64,000 nt of DNA from Treponemataceae bacterium (lineage in GTDB: Bacteria > Spirochaetota > Spirochaetia > Treponematales > Rectinemataceae): the NCBI GenBank assembly GCA_963667725.2, contig CAXXHO010000004.1:1-64000 (forward strand), given 5' to 3'. Positions 10,068-21,100 of this stretch are shown here, piece by piece; the stretch's first letter is position 1, and every line of letters begins with the position of its first letter. The notes below the pieces were generated by a model. It did not search any database. It was given only the letters and a program-made list of their open reading frames with translations, and was not told the DNA's origin. Both the position numbers and the translations under genes were made by a program.

Positions 10068-10095
10068 AAGTTGACTTTCGGAGTCAGGCTCCGGA
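10068..10095. repeat. Variant palindrome copy
   Basis: aagttgactttc-ggagtc-a-ggctcc-gga; same left-arm spacing as array copies; core 10080-10092. Confidence 0.6.
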
Positions 10096-10098
10096 TCG

Positions 10099-11886
10099 CT
10101 ACAAATACATCCTGCAGCTCAGCTCCAGCACATTCTTCCATTCCGGATCGGCGACCGATCCGCCGCCGCCTGTGCCATCCTCCTGCCAGGTGTAGGCAAG
10201 GCCGAGGCCGGCGCCCAGCTCCAAAGGCAGGGCGAGGCCGAAGAGGCGCGGGGCTTCGGCGGGCCGCCACGCCACGTTCGCCTTGGCCACGTGGCTGTAT
10301 TCATAAATGCCGTCGTGGAGGAAATCTTTGGTGGCGCCGATCTCGGTCGCGTAATTCATCCAGTCATCGACGCTGCCGCCGTCGCCCGTGCCGTGGCGGA
10401 TATAGGAATAGGACAGGGAGGCGCGCCAGCCCGGCGCGGGCATGGCCTGGAGGCGGACCAGGAATTCGTCGGAGTTGGGAGGCAGGTAGTAACCCAGGTT
10501 TTCGCCGTCCTGCGTGTAGGACGTGTCCACGCGGAGGCGGTAATCCGGATACCAGGTCGGATAATGCGCGTAGACGTAAGGCTCGATCTTGGTGTACTGG
10601 GCCGTGAGGACGAAGAAGGGCAGGCCCGGAAGCGGAATCTTGGCGCCGCCCTGCAGGGCGAACATGTTGCGCGCCTTGGTGAAGAGCTCGTCCGGGTGGG
10701 TGATCTCCATCTCGTCGGCGTAGAAGGAACCGTAAAACTTGCCCACGCGCGGGATCCGCACGCTGCCGTCCACCTGCACGCCCAGGTTGTCGATGTCGGC
10801 CAGCTGGTTCTGGTACATCACGGAGAACAATAGCGGCGAAAAGTACCCCAGCTCGAGGCGCTTGGCGCCGACCAGGGTGCTGGTGGCCGAAACCGTGAGC
10901 CAGTCGAAGGGGAAGAGCTCCATACGCTGCAGGCCGAGCATCTTCTGCCAGGAGAGGGCGGAATACTCGAGCTCGCCATCGTTATCGACATCGCCCAATG
11001 CCGTGCTGCGCTCATCGCTCGCCTTCTGCCAGTTCGTCAGCGAGCCGACGAGGCTGGACACCGCGAATAATTTGGAGGGCCGGAAGTTCATCTCCAGGCC
11101 GACGAAGGGCCGCGCCGTGCCCGACAGCGCGAAGGAACCCGAGCCGACGCCCCAGTCGCGGCGGTAGCGCGAGAGGCGCACGAGGAGGCTGCCCGAATCC
11201 GTGGCGGCGGCGATGTCCTGCCTGATGTCGTAGCTGAACGAGGGATAGTCCTTTTCGCCCAGGGAATAGCGCTCGTCGCTGAAGTCGATGTGGTTCGTGT
11301 CCCATTCCTTGGTGAACTCGTAGGGCAGGTAGAGGTCGCGCTCGATCTTGTCGATGTCGAAGCCCGCCTCGCCCTTGACGGAGAGCCAGGGCGCGATTTC
11401 GCCCTCCAGGTAGGGCACGACCCGCGAATTGATGTGCCAGAGGTCGGCCGCGGCCACGCTCCCCGTGCCGGCGATCAGGTCGGCCACGCCGCCCGGCGAG
11501 GTGCGGAAGGTGGCCTCGATCCGCGCGCCCACCGCGGCCTTGCCGTCGGCCGATTTCCAGATAGGGGCGCCCTCGAAGGCATCCGGCGCGAATTCGGCGG
11601 AAAAGGCGGTTATCATTTCCCGCTCGGCGGGCGAGAACTCGCCCATGCGCCCCGCGATGACGGCGAGAAAGTCGGCGACCTGGGCCCGCGTGTAGGGCTT
11701 AACCGAGGAAAGGCGATTGAGCACGCCGCGCAGCTCAGCCGTCTCGATGATGCCGTAGACCGGGTGCGCCAGCTCCACGGCCAGGCGGTCGGGCGCGGCC
11801 CAGGCGCCGGGCGCGGCGCCCCAGAGGAAGGCCGCGGCGAAAAGTCCCGCAATCGCGTGGGTAATGATCGATACTCGTTTTTTCAT
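10099..11886 (-). CDS. Capsule assembly Wzi-like outer-membrane protein
   Basis: Signal peptide; SVKPYTRAQV, RDWG..GSFALS, YxDE motifs; aromatic C-terminus; locus context. Confidence 0.6.
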   Translation of the reverse strand: MKKRVSIITHAIAGLFAAAFLWGAAPGAWAAPDRLAVELAHPVYGIIETAELRGVLNRLSSVKPYTRAQVADFLAVIAGRMGEFSPAEREMITAFSAEFAPDAFEGAPIWKSADGKAAVGARIEATFRTSPGGVADLIAGTGSVAAADLWHINSRVVPYLEGEIAPWLSVKGEAGFDIDKIERDLYLPYEFTKEWDTNHIDFSDERYSLGEKDYPSFSYDIRQDIAAATDSGSLLVRLSRYRRDWGVGSGSFALSGTARPFVGLEMNFRPSKLFAVSSLVGSLTNWQKASDERSTALGDVDNDGELEYSALSWQKMLGLQRMELFPFDWLTVSATSTLVGAKRLELGYFSPLLFSVMYQNQLADIDNLGVQVDGSVRIPRVGKFYGSFYADEMEITHPDELFTKARNMFALQGGAKIPLPGLPFFVLTAQYTKIEPYVYAHYPTWYPDYRLRVDTSYTQDGENLGYYLPPNSDEFLVRLQAMPAPGWRASLSYSYIRHGTGDGGSVDDWMNYATEIGATKDFLHDGIYEYSHVAKANVAWRPAEAPRLFGLALPLELGAGLGLAYTWQEDGTGGGGSVADPEWKNVLELSCRMYL

Positions 11887-12134
11887 GATTTTTCCTTCAT
11901 CCTGGCCAAATCTTCAAGCGTGGGCATTGCTGAGGGTTCGGAGAACGCCACCTCGATGCCAAGCTGATTTATTATAGCGAAGAAAACGCCCATTGAAAGG
12001 CCGGCCAGCATTCCGTTCTCCGCCTTGCTCAAGGTCACGCGGCTGATCTCCGCCGCCTTGGCGAGTTCAGCCTGCGTGAGACCTATCTCTTTTCGATAGG
12101 CCCTCAGGGCGGGACCAATATCGCTATATTTCAT
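11883..12134 (-). CDS. XRE/HTH antitoxin (HipB-like)
   Basis: GLTQAELAKAAEISRVTLSKAENG HTH; overlaps the HipA-like gene. Confidence 0.8.
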   Translation of the reverse strand: MKYSDIGPALRAYRKEIGLTQAELAKAAEISRVTLSKAENGMLAGLSMGVFFAIINQLGIEVAFSEPSAMPTLEDLARMKEKS

Positions 12135-13329
12135 TGGAACCATCCTTTCTTGGCTCGCCATCGAGAGCGGCGTTCCACGCAGCCATCATCCTTTCGCCGG
12201 TGCGAGCGAAACCCGGATTCACTGCGACGTACGAAGCCAGCTCGCCCAAGGTCTCCTTGACCGCGCGAGCGCATTCATCGTAGATCGCCCCGGCATCGGC
12301 CGAAGCAAGCCCGCATGAAGCGACGCCGAAATCCACCAGCTGCCGCCTTCCCGGCCAGTATTTCTTACCTTCGAAGGTCAACGCCGGGCGGTCCTTGAAA
12401 ATATAGGCCGTCGTCGTCACCACATCATAGACCGGCGCCAGGACGCGGTCAGTCTGGCCAGGGCCATAGAGAATCCCGAAGTTCTTCACGTGAGCGTCGC
12501 CATTCCGCACCAGAACCGAAAGGCACACCATCCCAAAGAGCCAGCGCATCGACTCGACGTGCCGCTCGGGTGAGGAAAACAATTCCACCGTCCTGGCGAC
12601 CTGCTCATAACTTCCTGAATATTTCCCGATCTTGTTCTTTCCCTGGAGGACGCATATTTCCTCGAAGCCGCGCCATTCGCTACCCTTCCCTTTATCGAAA
12701 CGCTCTACCACAAGAAACTTCCGGTCGTCCGAAAGATGAAAGGCGGGAACAGGCAGCCCCGCGCGTCTTGCGGCGCTCAGGCAGAAAAACTCGTTCTCGG
12801 CAAGGTTGGGATACTCGTCACCCCAGGTTTTAACGATATAGTCATCCGTCGCGAGCGCTGATTTATCGAAGAGCCTTGCCAGGACTTTCGGCTGCACGCC
12901 GGAAATAAAGGAACGCTCGAGATACAGCCCCAGCAGCTTGGCGAACAGATCTTCCTCGCCCGATCGCAGGATTTCATCCAGGGGAAGCGCCTGCGCTTCG
13001 GTTCGATTTCCCTTTTCACCCGCTATCCGATATTCAAGCCGACCTCGAATATTCGCCGCAAGCAGGCCAAGCAGGGAAAAATCATCGGCGACATCGTATT
13101 CCTTAAGCAGTTGGCGCCTTAGGAGTTCGAAAAGATACCCTTCCGGCAGGTTCATCTCGAAAATAGGGTGCAGAGCATTTTCCCAATTCCAACTACGGGG
13201 GCGAAACGGCATGGTGAGCGAGACCCAAGGAGCGGATGGTTCGGAGCTCTCGTAGGTGAAGGAATAGAGATTGCCGGTCTTTGACAGAGTACCACTACGC
13301 CGCCCCTCTGCATAAACCTCAATGGTCAC
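12124..13329 (-). CDS. hipA: HipA-family kinase toxin
   Basis: NLPEG, ISGVQPK, VERFD, NGDAHVKNF, LAPVYDVV motifs. Confidence 0.9.
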   Translation of the reverse strand: MTIEVYAEGRRSGTLSKTGNLYSFTYESSEPSAPWVSLTMPFRPRSWNWENALHPIFEMNLPEGYLFELLRRQLLKEYDVADDFSLLGLLAANIRGRLEYRIAGEKGNRTEAQALPLDEILRSGEEDLFAKLLGLYLERSFISGVQPKVLARLFDKSALATDDYIVKTWGDEYPNLAENEFFCLSAARRAGLPVPAFHLSDDRKFLVVERFDKGKGSEWRGFEEICVLQGKNKIGKYSGSYEQVARTVELFSSPERHVESMRWLFGMVCLSVLVRNGDAHVKNFGILYGPGQTDRVLAPVYDVVTTTAYIFKDRPALTFEGKKYWPGRRQLVDFGVASCGLASADAGAIYDECARAVKETLGELASYVAVNPGFARTGERMMAAWNAALDGEPRKDGSNEI

Positions 13330-13417
13330 CCGGGACTCCTTTGTAAACTACTATGAACATTTTCAGATCTCCCATCAGTATTGTTCACTTTAATTTACAT
13401 GTCAACCAGAAGAAATG

Positions 13418-13452
13418 CAAAAAAAGGCCGGCCGGAAGCCCGGCCGGCCTTA
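13418..13452 (-). terminator. Intrinsic terminator after MarR-like gene
   Basis: ggccggccgg-N3/4-ccggccggcc hairpin followed by poly-T on the minus strand. Confidence 0.7.
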
Positions 13453-14031
13453 TCGCACGCGGAGCATCCCGGGGAAGAGGATATCCGCCAGCGCCTCGGA
13501 GGAGGCCCTCGCCGGCGGCAATGCTCCCGGCGCGCCGAGCGCGGTTTCCGGAGCTTTCTGGCCGGAAACGAACATGGCAGAGGAATCCTGGGACAGCGTG
13601 GCGCGCAGCTCTTCGGAGGGCGAGGCGACCAGGGCCACGCCGCGGCGCGCGCAGGAATAGTCGAAGAGAAACTCGAGCTCCTTGGGGCCCTCGTAGACGA
13701 GGACGCGGAAACCCTTGCGCGCGATGCCGTGCACGTAATCGTCGATGCGCGCCCGGTAGTTGGTGGCGCTGCGCTCCGCGCGGGTGAAGTAGGCCATGGT
13801 GCGGCGCAGGACCTCCTCCACACCGCAGGGCGTGAGGATATAGCGCAGGCTGCGCCCGGAGATGTGCGTGAGCTTGACCCAGCCGCGCTCGGCGAAGCGG
13901 GAGAGAAGGGCATTCGTCATGCCCAGGGAGAGGCCAGCCTGCCCCGCCAGGGCGCGCTGACTATTCGCCTGGCCAGAGGTCTCCGAGGCGTAAATAGCTT
14001 CTAAAAGCTGCAATTCGCTGTCGTTGGTCAT
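13450..14031 (-). CDS. EPS-associated MarR/winged-helix regulator
   Basis: SQRALAGQAGLSLGMTNALLSRFAERGWV...YILTPCG; start at ATG 14031 overlapping the wecA-like stop. Confidence 0.8.
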   Translation of the reverse strand: MTNDSELQLLEAIYASETSGQANSQRALAGQAGLSLGMTNALLSRFAERGWVKLTHISGRSLRYILTPCGVEEVLRRTMAYFTRAERSATNYRARIDDYVHGIARKGFRVLVYEGPKELEFLFDYSCARRGVALVASPSEELRATLSQDSSAMFVSGQKAPETALGAPGALPPARASSEALADILFPGMLRVR

Positions 14032-15122
14032 TTTACCTTGGTTGAGCGGAGCGAAGCCGCGCCGAGCGAGGCCGCGTACCGGAAGAGTATCCCGGTGAGC
14101 AGGAAGCCGATCAGCTCCGCGAGAAAGGCGAACTGCGCGGACAGGCGGCTGGCCACGATGAAGACCGCCGCCTGCCAGAGCGTCGCCGAATAGAGGATGG
14201 CGAGTATGGAGATGGGCTTGTAGCCCGCGTCCCAGAAGAGGTGATGGATATGGAGGCGATCGGGCGTGGCGATGCTTACGCCCAAGCGCGTCCGCCGCCA
14301 GATCGCCCGCAGGGTGTCGTAGATCGGCACGAAAAGGAGGAGGGCCGCAGGAATCACGCCGACGGTTTCCGCCGTCGCGCCGCCCGCAGCGCCCGACTCG
14401 CCCATAAGGGGCATGGAAGCGAGGCAGAAGCCCAGGAAGAGGCTGCCCGAGTCGCCCATGAAAAGCTTGGCCTTGGGCGCGGGAAAGTTGACCGTGAGGA
14501 AGCCCGCGATGGCGCCGGCCAGGCAGAGGCAGATAAAGGCGCTCGCCTGGTCGCCCCCGAGGTAGTAGAAGACGGCGTAGGTCAGGGAGGCGATAAAGGA
14601 GATGCCTCCCGCCAAGCCGTCCATGCCGTCGATCAGGTTTATGGCGTTGGTGACCCCCACGATCCAGAAACAGGTGAGGGCGCTGGAAGCCCAATGCAGG
14701 GAACCCGAGAAACCGTCGGTCGAAAAGCCCAGGCCGCCGAAGCGGAGCCCCTGCCCCACTACGATGACCGCCGCCACGATCTGGACGATGAGCTTCCAGA
14801 TCGCCCGCACCTTGCCCCCGGTGAAATCGTCCCAGAGCCCGATGCCGTACACGAGGACAGCGCCGACCGCGAGGGGAACCAGGGTGTCGAGGCGGGCGCC
14901 CAGGGCGCCTGAAAGCCCGGCCTCCCCGAAAAAGGGAACGACGGCCGCGGCCAGGAAGAATGCGAGGAAGATCCCCATGCCGCCCAGGCGCGGCACCTGG
15001 CCGGAATGGATTTTCCTTTCGGCCACGCCATCGTAGAGCTGGCGCGCATCCGCGAAACGGATGATCGCCGGCATGGCGACCGCCGAAAGGACCGTCGACA
15101 CGAGCATCGACATCAACTGCAT
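14028..15122 (-). CDS. WecA/TagO/MraY-family polyprenyl-phosphate HexNAc-1-P transferase
   Basis: PRLGG, GLWDD, NLIDGMDGL, FMGDSG, DRLHIHH motifs; polytopic. Confidence 0.9.
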   Translation of the reverse strand: MQLMSMLVSTVLSAVAMPAIIRFADARQLYDGVAERKIHSGQVPRLGGMGIFLAFFLAAAVVPFFGEAGLSGALGARLDTLVPLAVGAVLVYGIGLWDDFTGGKVRAIWKLIVQIVAAVIVVGQGLRFGGLGFSTDGFSGSLHWASSALTCFWIVGVTNAINLIDGMDGLAGGISFIASLTYAVFYYLGGDQASAFICLCLAGAIAGFLTVNFPAPKAKLFMGDSGSLFLGFCLASMPLMGESGAAGGATAETVGVIPAALLLFVPIYDTLRAIWRRTRLGVSIATPDRLHIHHLFWDAGYKPISILAILYSATLWQAAVFIVASRLSAQFAFLAELIGFLLTGILFRYAASLGAASLRSTKVK

Positions 15123-15172
15123 ACGCTACCTTCTTTTTTCAATCGTTTTTACCGCCGCAATCCCGCCCCGAC

Positions 15173-18100
15173 TCAGGGCAGAAGGCTGATCACGAGCGCA
15201 ATCAGCGAGATGGCCGTGGACAGGACCGAAGTAACCTTAAGCAGGCTGTACATAAACGAGTTGGTATCAGCCACGATGTTGTCCTCGGGCATGATGACCC
15301 TGCCCTTAGACACGACTTTCTTGGAGGCGACATCGTAGATCGTCACCTTGTCGCCGGAATTCTTGTCGGAATCGAAGCCGCCGGCCAGGCCGACGTAGTA
15401 CTCCCAGGTGCGATCGGGCACGTAGGGATAGCGTCCGGCCAGCTTGACCGCTCCGGAGACCGTGACGAAGAACTGCCTAAAGGGCACGACGATCACGTCG
15501 TTAGCCTCGAGCGCCACATCGTAGAGCGTTTCGCGGTCGTAGAGGTACTTGGACAGGTCCACCGCGATGCGCTTGCCCTTGCGGGAGATATAGGAGGCCG
15601 ACAAGTCCGACACCTCGCTGAAGTTCTTGCGCATGGCCTGAGCTGCCTCGGACACGGTTTCGCCGGGGAAGAAGGTGTAGGCCACGCGCTTGGCGGACTC
15701 GAGCGTGGCGCCGCCCGTTCCCACGCCGATGGCTCCCTCGAACCAAGCCACGGGCAGGAGATCCTGCCAGGCGGGCACGGTGATCGAGTCGTATTGATTG
15801 AGCGAGAAGTCGGGGGCGACCTTATAGTCGAACTGGAGCTTTTCGCCGACCGCGGAGGCGGCGGACAATAGCCGCACCACCTGGATGCGCGTGGGATTGG
15901 CCTTTTCAGTGAAGCCGTCGGCATAGCGCTCGACTAAATCCTTCATGCCCTCGCCGGCCAGGAGCTGGTAGGTTCCGGGGCGGCGCACTTCGCCGCCGAT
16001 CGTCACGAGCCTCTCCAGGCGGTTGACGGTCACCACGTCGCCGGGGCGCAGGAAGGGATCCTGCGTCAAGTCGCCGTAGCGCTCGGCGCGGAAGAGGTCG
16101 TAGCGCTGCTCGACCCCGTTCCTCGATTTCACCGCGACGTCGCGCGTAGAGGACCAGCGGGTGAGATTCGCCGACACGATATCGCGGAGCCTGGTGAGCC
16201 CCGTAATGGCCACCCAGACCGACTTCTGCACCTCACCCGTCACGAAGACGTACATAGATCCGAGGGGAATCACGAGCCTGTCCTCGGGCTCGAGGGCCGG
16301 ATCGTAGGCGGGATCGTAAGAATAGAGGATCTTCTCGAGATCCACCTCGACGGGAACGTCGGCCGAGCTCTTGGTAATAAAAGCTTTCTTTAGGTCAGCC
16401 GTGGCGGGAATGCGGTCGCGCAACGGGCGGATGAGATCGGCCACGCGCATGCCATCGCGCCAGGCGACGCGCTGGACGGAATATTCGCCGGTAACCGCCC
16501 CCTCGATATAGACGACGGGCAGGTACTCGTCCATGGACGGCACCCGCACTTTGTCGCCATCGAAAAGCTCGGCCTTGGAATCCTTGGAGAGGGCGTCGAC
16601 CAGGGCTATGCCGCCCGCGGTCTTTGTATCCGAAGCTTTGCGCGTGATCTGAACGCGGTCGGCTTGGGCTGTGTCGCGCAGCCCCGCGCCCTGCACGGAA
16701 ATCAGCGCGCTGAAATCCTCCGTAGGAAGAAGCTCATAGATTCCGGGCCTGAAAACCTCGCCCTCGAGCACGACGACCCTGCCCGCGCGGCGCAGGGTGA
16801 TCGCATCGCCGGGCGCCACCACGGGATCCTGGGCGATTTGGCCGAAGCGCTCGGCCTTGAAGAGATCGTAGACCGTCTCCTTGCCGTCCGTCGAACGAAG
16901 CGCGACGGCGCGCGTGGAACTCGTGGGGAGGAGGAAGGCTTTGATCGCCTGGGAAAGGCGCAGTGTGCCGTCAGCCTGGACCCAGCCGGAGCGGGCCGCC
17001 TCGCCGGAGACGAAGACGTCGCGGGAGCCATAGGGCAGGATGATTCTGTCCCCCGCCCCGAGCACGCTGTCGAGCGCCGGATCGAAGGCGAAAAGGAGCT
17101 TTTCAAGATCGAGCTGAACCTCGGCGCCGTCTTTGGCGCGCACGAGTTTGGCCCTGCGCAGGTCGGCGGCCGCGGGCAGTGAGGCGGCGATCGGCTTGAG
17201 CGCCTGCGACACGAGGAGCCCCTCGCGCCAAAGCACGCGCTGGATACCGTAGCCGCCCGAGGCCATGGCGCCCTCGACATAGACCACAGGGAGGAATTCC
17301 TCCCTGGAAGGCACCGTAACGGTGTCCCCGTCCAGGAGGGCGGGAGCATCGGCCGCCTGGGCGCCTGACGCACCGGCGTCCACCACCAGAGATTCGCCCG
17401 AGGGCTTGCCGTCGGAAGCCCTGCGCGTTACGAGGATCCGGTCGCGCTTGGCGAATTCGCGCAGGCCGGCGCCCTGGACGGAAAGCAGTTCCGAAAGCCC
17501 CTCGCCGGGAAGCAGTTCGTAGGTGCCGGGACGATTGACCTCGCCCGCCAAGTTGACGACGCGGGTTGCCTTGGCAACGGCGACGCTGTCGCCTGGGCGC
17601 AACAGTGGATCCTGGGCGCTCTCGCCGAAACGCTCGGCGCGGAAGAGGTCATAGGCTGCGGGAACGCCTTCGGCGCTCGTCACCACGACGCTGCGGGTGG
17701 AGGACGAAGGAAGGAGGAAGGGCTTCAGCGCCTCCGAAAGGCGCTGGGCGCCCGATACGGGCGCGAAGCCCGACTTGGCCACCTCGCCCGTGATAAACAC
17801 CGCCTGGACTTTAAAGGGCAGCACGACACGGTCGTCCGCCTCCAGGGCCAAGTCCAGCGAGGCGTCGTGGGCGAAGAGAAGCCGTTCGAGATCGATCTTG
17901 ACCACCGACGTGTCGGCGGCGCGCACGACCATGGCGGAGCGGTAATCAGCCTGATCGGGGATTCCCGCCATGAGGATGGCCATGGTCTGCGAAACCAGGA
18001 GGCCCTTGCGCCACATCACGCGCTTTTCGCCGTATTTGGGCTCGGCTGGCGCCGCGCCCGCGGTTCCCACCGCGGCTGCTTCCGCCTTCTGCACCGCGCC

Positions 18101-21100
18101 TTCGACATAGACGACCGGCAAAAATTCTTCCTTCGAAGGAACCTTGACCGCATCACCGTCCAGAAGGGCGGGAGCGGCGGACGCGCCGGCGTCCAGGACC
18201 AGGGACTCGCCCTGGGGCTTGCCGTCCGACGCCCTGCGCGTAAGGAGTATCCTGTCGCGCTTTGCGAATTCGAGCAGGCCGCCGCCCTGGATCGAGAGGA
18301 GTTCGGAAAGGCCTTCTCCGGCGAGCAACTCATAGGCGCCCGGACGGTTCACCTCGCCCGACAGGACGACGATCCGCGCCGCCTTGGCGACGGCGACACT
18401 GTCGCCGGGGCGCAGCAGGGGATCCTGCGCCCGCTCACCGAAACGCTCGGCCTTGAAGAGATCATACGTATGCGCGATACCTTCCGCGCTCGTCACCACG
18501 ATGTTCCGGGTAGAAGATGTGGGGAGGAGGAAGGGTTTGAGCGCTTCCGAAAGGCGCTGCGACCCCGAAACGGGAGCGAAGCCGGATTTGACCACTTCGC
18601 CAGCGATGAAGACCGCCTGGGTCTTGAAGGGCAGCATCACGCGATCGTCGGACTCCAGGGCGAGGTCAAGCGAGGCGTCGTGGGCGAAAAGAAGCCTGTC
18701 GAGGTCCACTTTTACAACCGATTTATCGGCGGCGCGCATGACCACGGCGGCATGGAGATCGGCTTCGCCGGGGAAATTCCCCGCCAGCGGGGCGAGCGCC
18801 TGGGAGAGCAAGAGCCCCTTGCGCCACAGCAGGCGCTTTTCAGCGTACTTCGCCTCGGGAACGGGTTCCTTGGCAGCACCGGCCGCCGCGGTAGCTTCGG
18901 CTTTCTCCACCGCGCCCTCGACATAGATCACCGGCAGGTACTCTTCCCTGGACGGCACGCGGACGCGATCCCCATCGGCGAGCGCCGGGAGGTCTTTTCC
19001 CGCGAGGTCGAACACGAGGCTTTCGGACTCCGGCTTTTCGGCCGTGGCCCGGCGCGTGAGGACGGAGAGGTCTGTCTTGGCGCTTGCAAGGGGCTTGTCG
19101 CTGTAATAATTCATGAGTTCAGAAAGACCCTCGCCCGGAAGGAGCTGGTAGGTTCCCGGCCGCGAGACCTCGCCCTCCAGGCTGACGATGCGCCCGGCTT
19201 TCTTCACTTCCACCACGTCGCCGGGGCGGAGGTAGGGATCCTGCGAAAGGTCCCCTTCCCGCTCGGCCTTGAAGAGGTCGTAGGCGGCCGAAGAGCCGTC
19301 CTCGCTCCTCACCGCGACATCGCGCAGAGAGGAATACTTGGTGAGTAGGGGCTTAACCGCCTCCGACAGCCGTGTGAGGCCCGTGATCCCCACCCAGGCG
19401 GACTTGCCCACCTCGCCGGAGACGAAGGCGTACATCGAGCCGTAGGGAATGACGATGGTATCGTCGGCCGCGAGGGCCACATCGTCGGCGGGAGCGTAGC
19501 GGTAGAGGAGCTTTTCGAGGTCCACGGCCACCTGCGCCGCCTGGCCTTTCCTGACGATGAAGGCGCGCTTAAGGTCGGCGCGCGGGTCGATCTGATCGCG
19601 GATGCCGCGAAGGGCCTGGGAGAGGAGCTGCCCCTGGCGGTAGGCGAGCCGCACGACCCGGTACTGCTCCGCCACCACGGCGCCGGCGTTGCCGGCCTGG
19701 GCGTCCTTCTTGACGCCGAGTTCGGCGCCCGCCACGGCGCCCTGCACGTAGACGACGGGCAGGTATTCCTCGCGCGAGGGGACGCGAACGCGGTCGCCGT
19801 CGCCCAAGGCGGGAAGCGGAGACCCCGCGAGGTCGAACACGAGGCTCTCTCCCCCGGGGAGGGCGGCGGTCGCCTTCCGGGTCAACACTGCTAGATCGGT
19901 CTTGGCGCCTTCCACGGCGCCGTCGCCGTACTTGGCGACAAGCTCGGCCACGCCCTCGCCCGCGAGGAGCTGGTAGGAGCCCGGCTTGCGGACTTCGCCC
20001 TCAAGGGCGACGATGCGGTCGGCCTTGCCCACCTCGACCTGGTCGCCGGGGCGTAGGTAGGGGTCCTGGGTTAGGTCGCCCTGGCGCTCGGCCAGGAAGA
20101 GGTCGTAGCGCGCCAGGGCGCCGTCCGAACTCTTGACTGCGACGTCGCGCAGCGAGCTGAAGCGCGTGGCGAGGGGCTTTACGGCCTCCGAAAGCCGGGT
20201 GAGCCCCGTGACGCCAACCCAGGCCGACTTGGCGACTTCGCCTGTGACGAAGACATACTGGGAGCCGTAGGGGATGACGACCTTGTCGTCGGCGGCGAGG
20301 GCGATATCATCCTTGGAATCAAAGCGGTAGAGGAGCTTTTCCAGGTCCACTTCGACCTGGCCCGAGCCGCCAGCCTTGGCGATGAAGGCGCGCTTGAGGT
20401 CGGCGCGCGGGTCGATCTGGCCGCGGATGCCGCGCAGAGCCTCCGAAAGCATGGCGCCCTGGCGATACGGAATCCGGATAACGCGGTACTGCTGGGTTTC
20501 AACGGCCTCGGCGCCGCCCTGTAGGGCCTCGCGCTTGACGCCAAGCTCGGCGCCCGCGACGGCGCCCTCTATGGAGACTATCGGCAAATACTCTTCCCGC
20601 GAGGGCACGCGCAGGATGTCGCCGTCCGCGAGAACGGGGAACGTTTTTCCGCCAAGGTCGACGACGAGGCTCTCCGCTTCGGGCTTGTCTGCGGTCGCCT
20701 TGCGCGTGAGAAGGGCGCGGTCCGTCTTGGCGCCGTCCAGGGCGCCATCGCCATAGAAGGCGACAAGCTCGGGCAGGCCCTCGCCCGCGAGGAGCTGATA
20801 GGCGCCGACGCGCCGCACCTGGCCTTCGATGGCCACCGTCCGGTCGGCCTTCTTGAGCTCGACGACATCGCCGGGCTTGAGATAGGGATCCCGGGACAGG
20901 TCGCCCGAGCGCCGCGCCTTGAAGAGGTCGTAGGTTGCGGAGGCGCCATCGCGTGAGACAACGGAAACTTCGCGGAGGCTCGAATACTCGCCTGCGAAGG
21001 GAGCGATCACTTCCGAAAGCCTGGAGAGGCCCCAGGCGGTCGCGATGCCTGCCTGCTTCACCTCGCCCCTCACCGTGACCGGGAAGAGCCCCGTGGACGC

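Noticed and set aside
13450..14694. 414-aa version of the MarR-like ORF
   Set aside because: The N-terminal extension overlaps the wecA-like gene out of frame; the real start is likely 14031.
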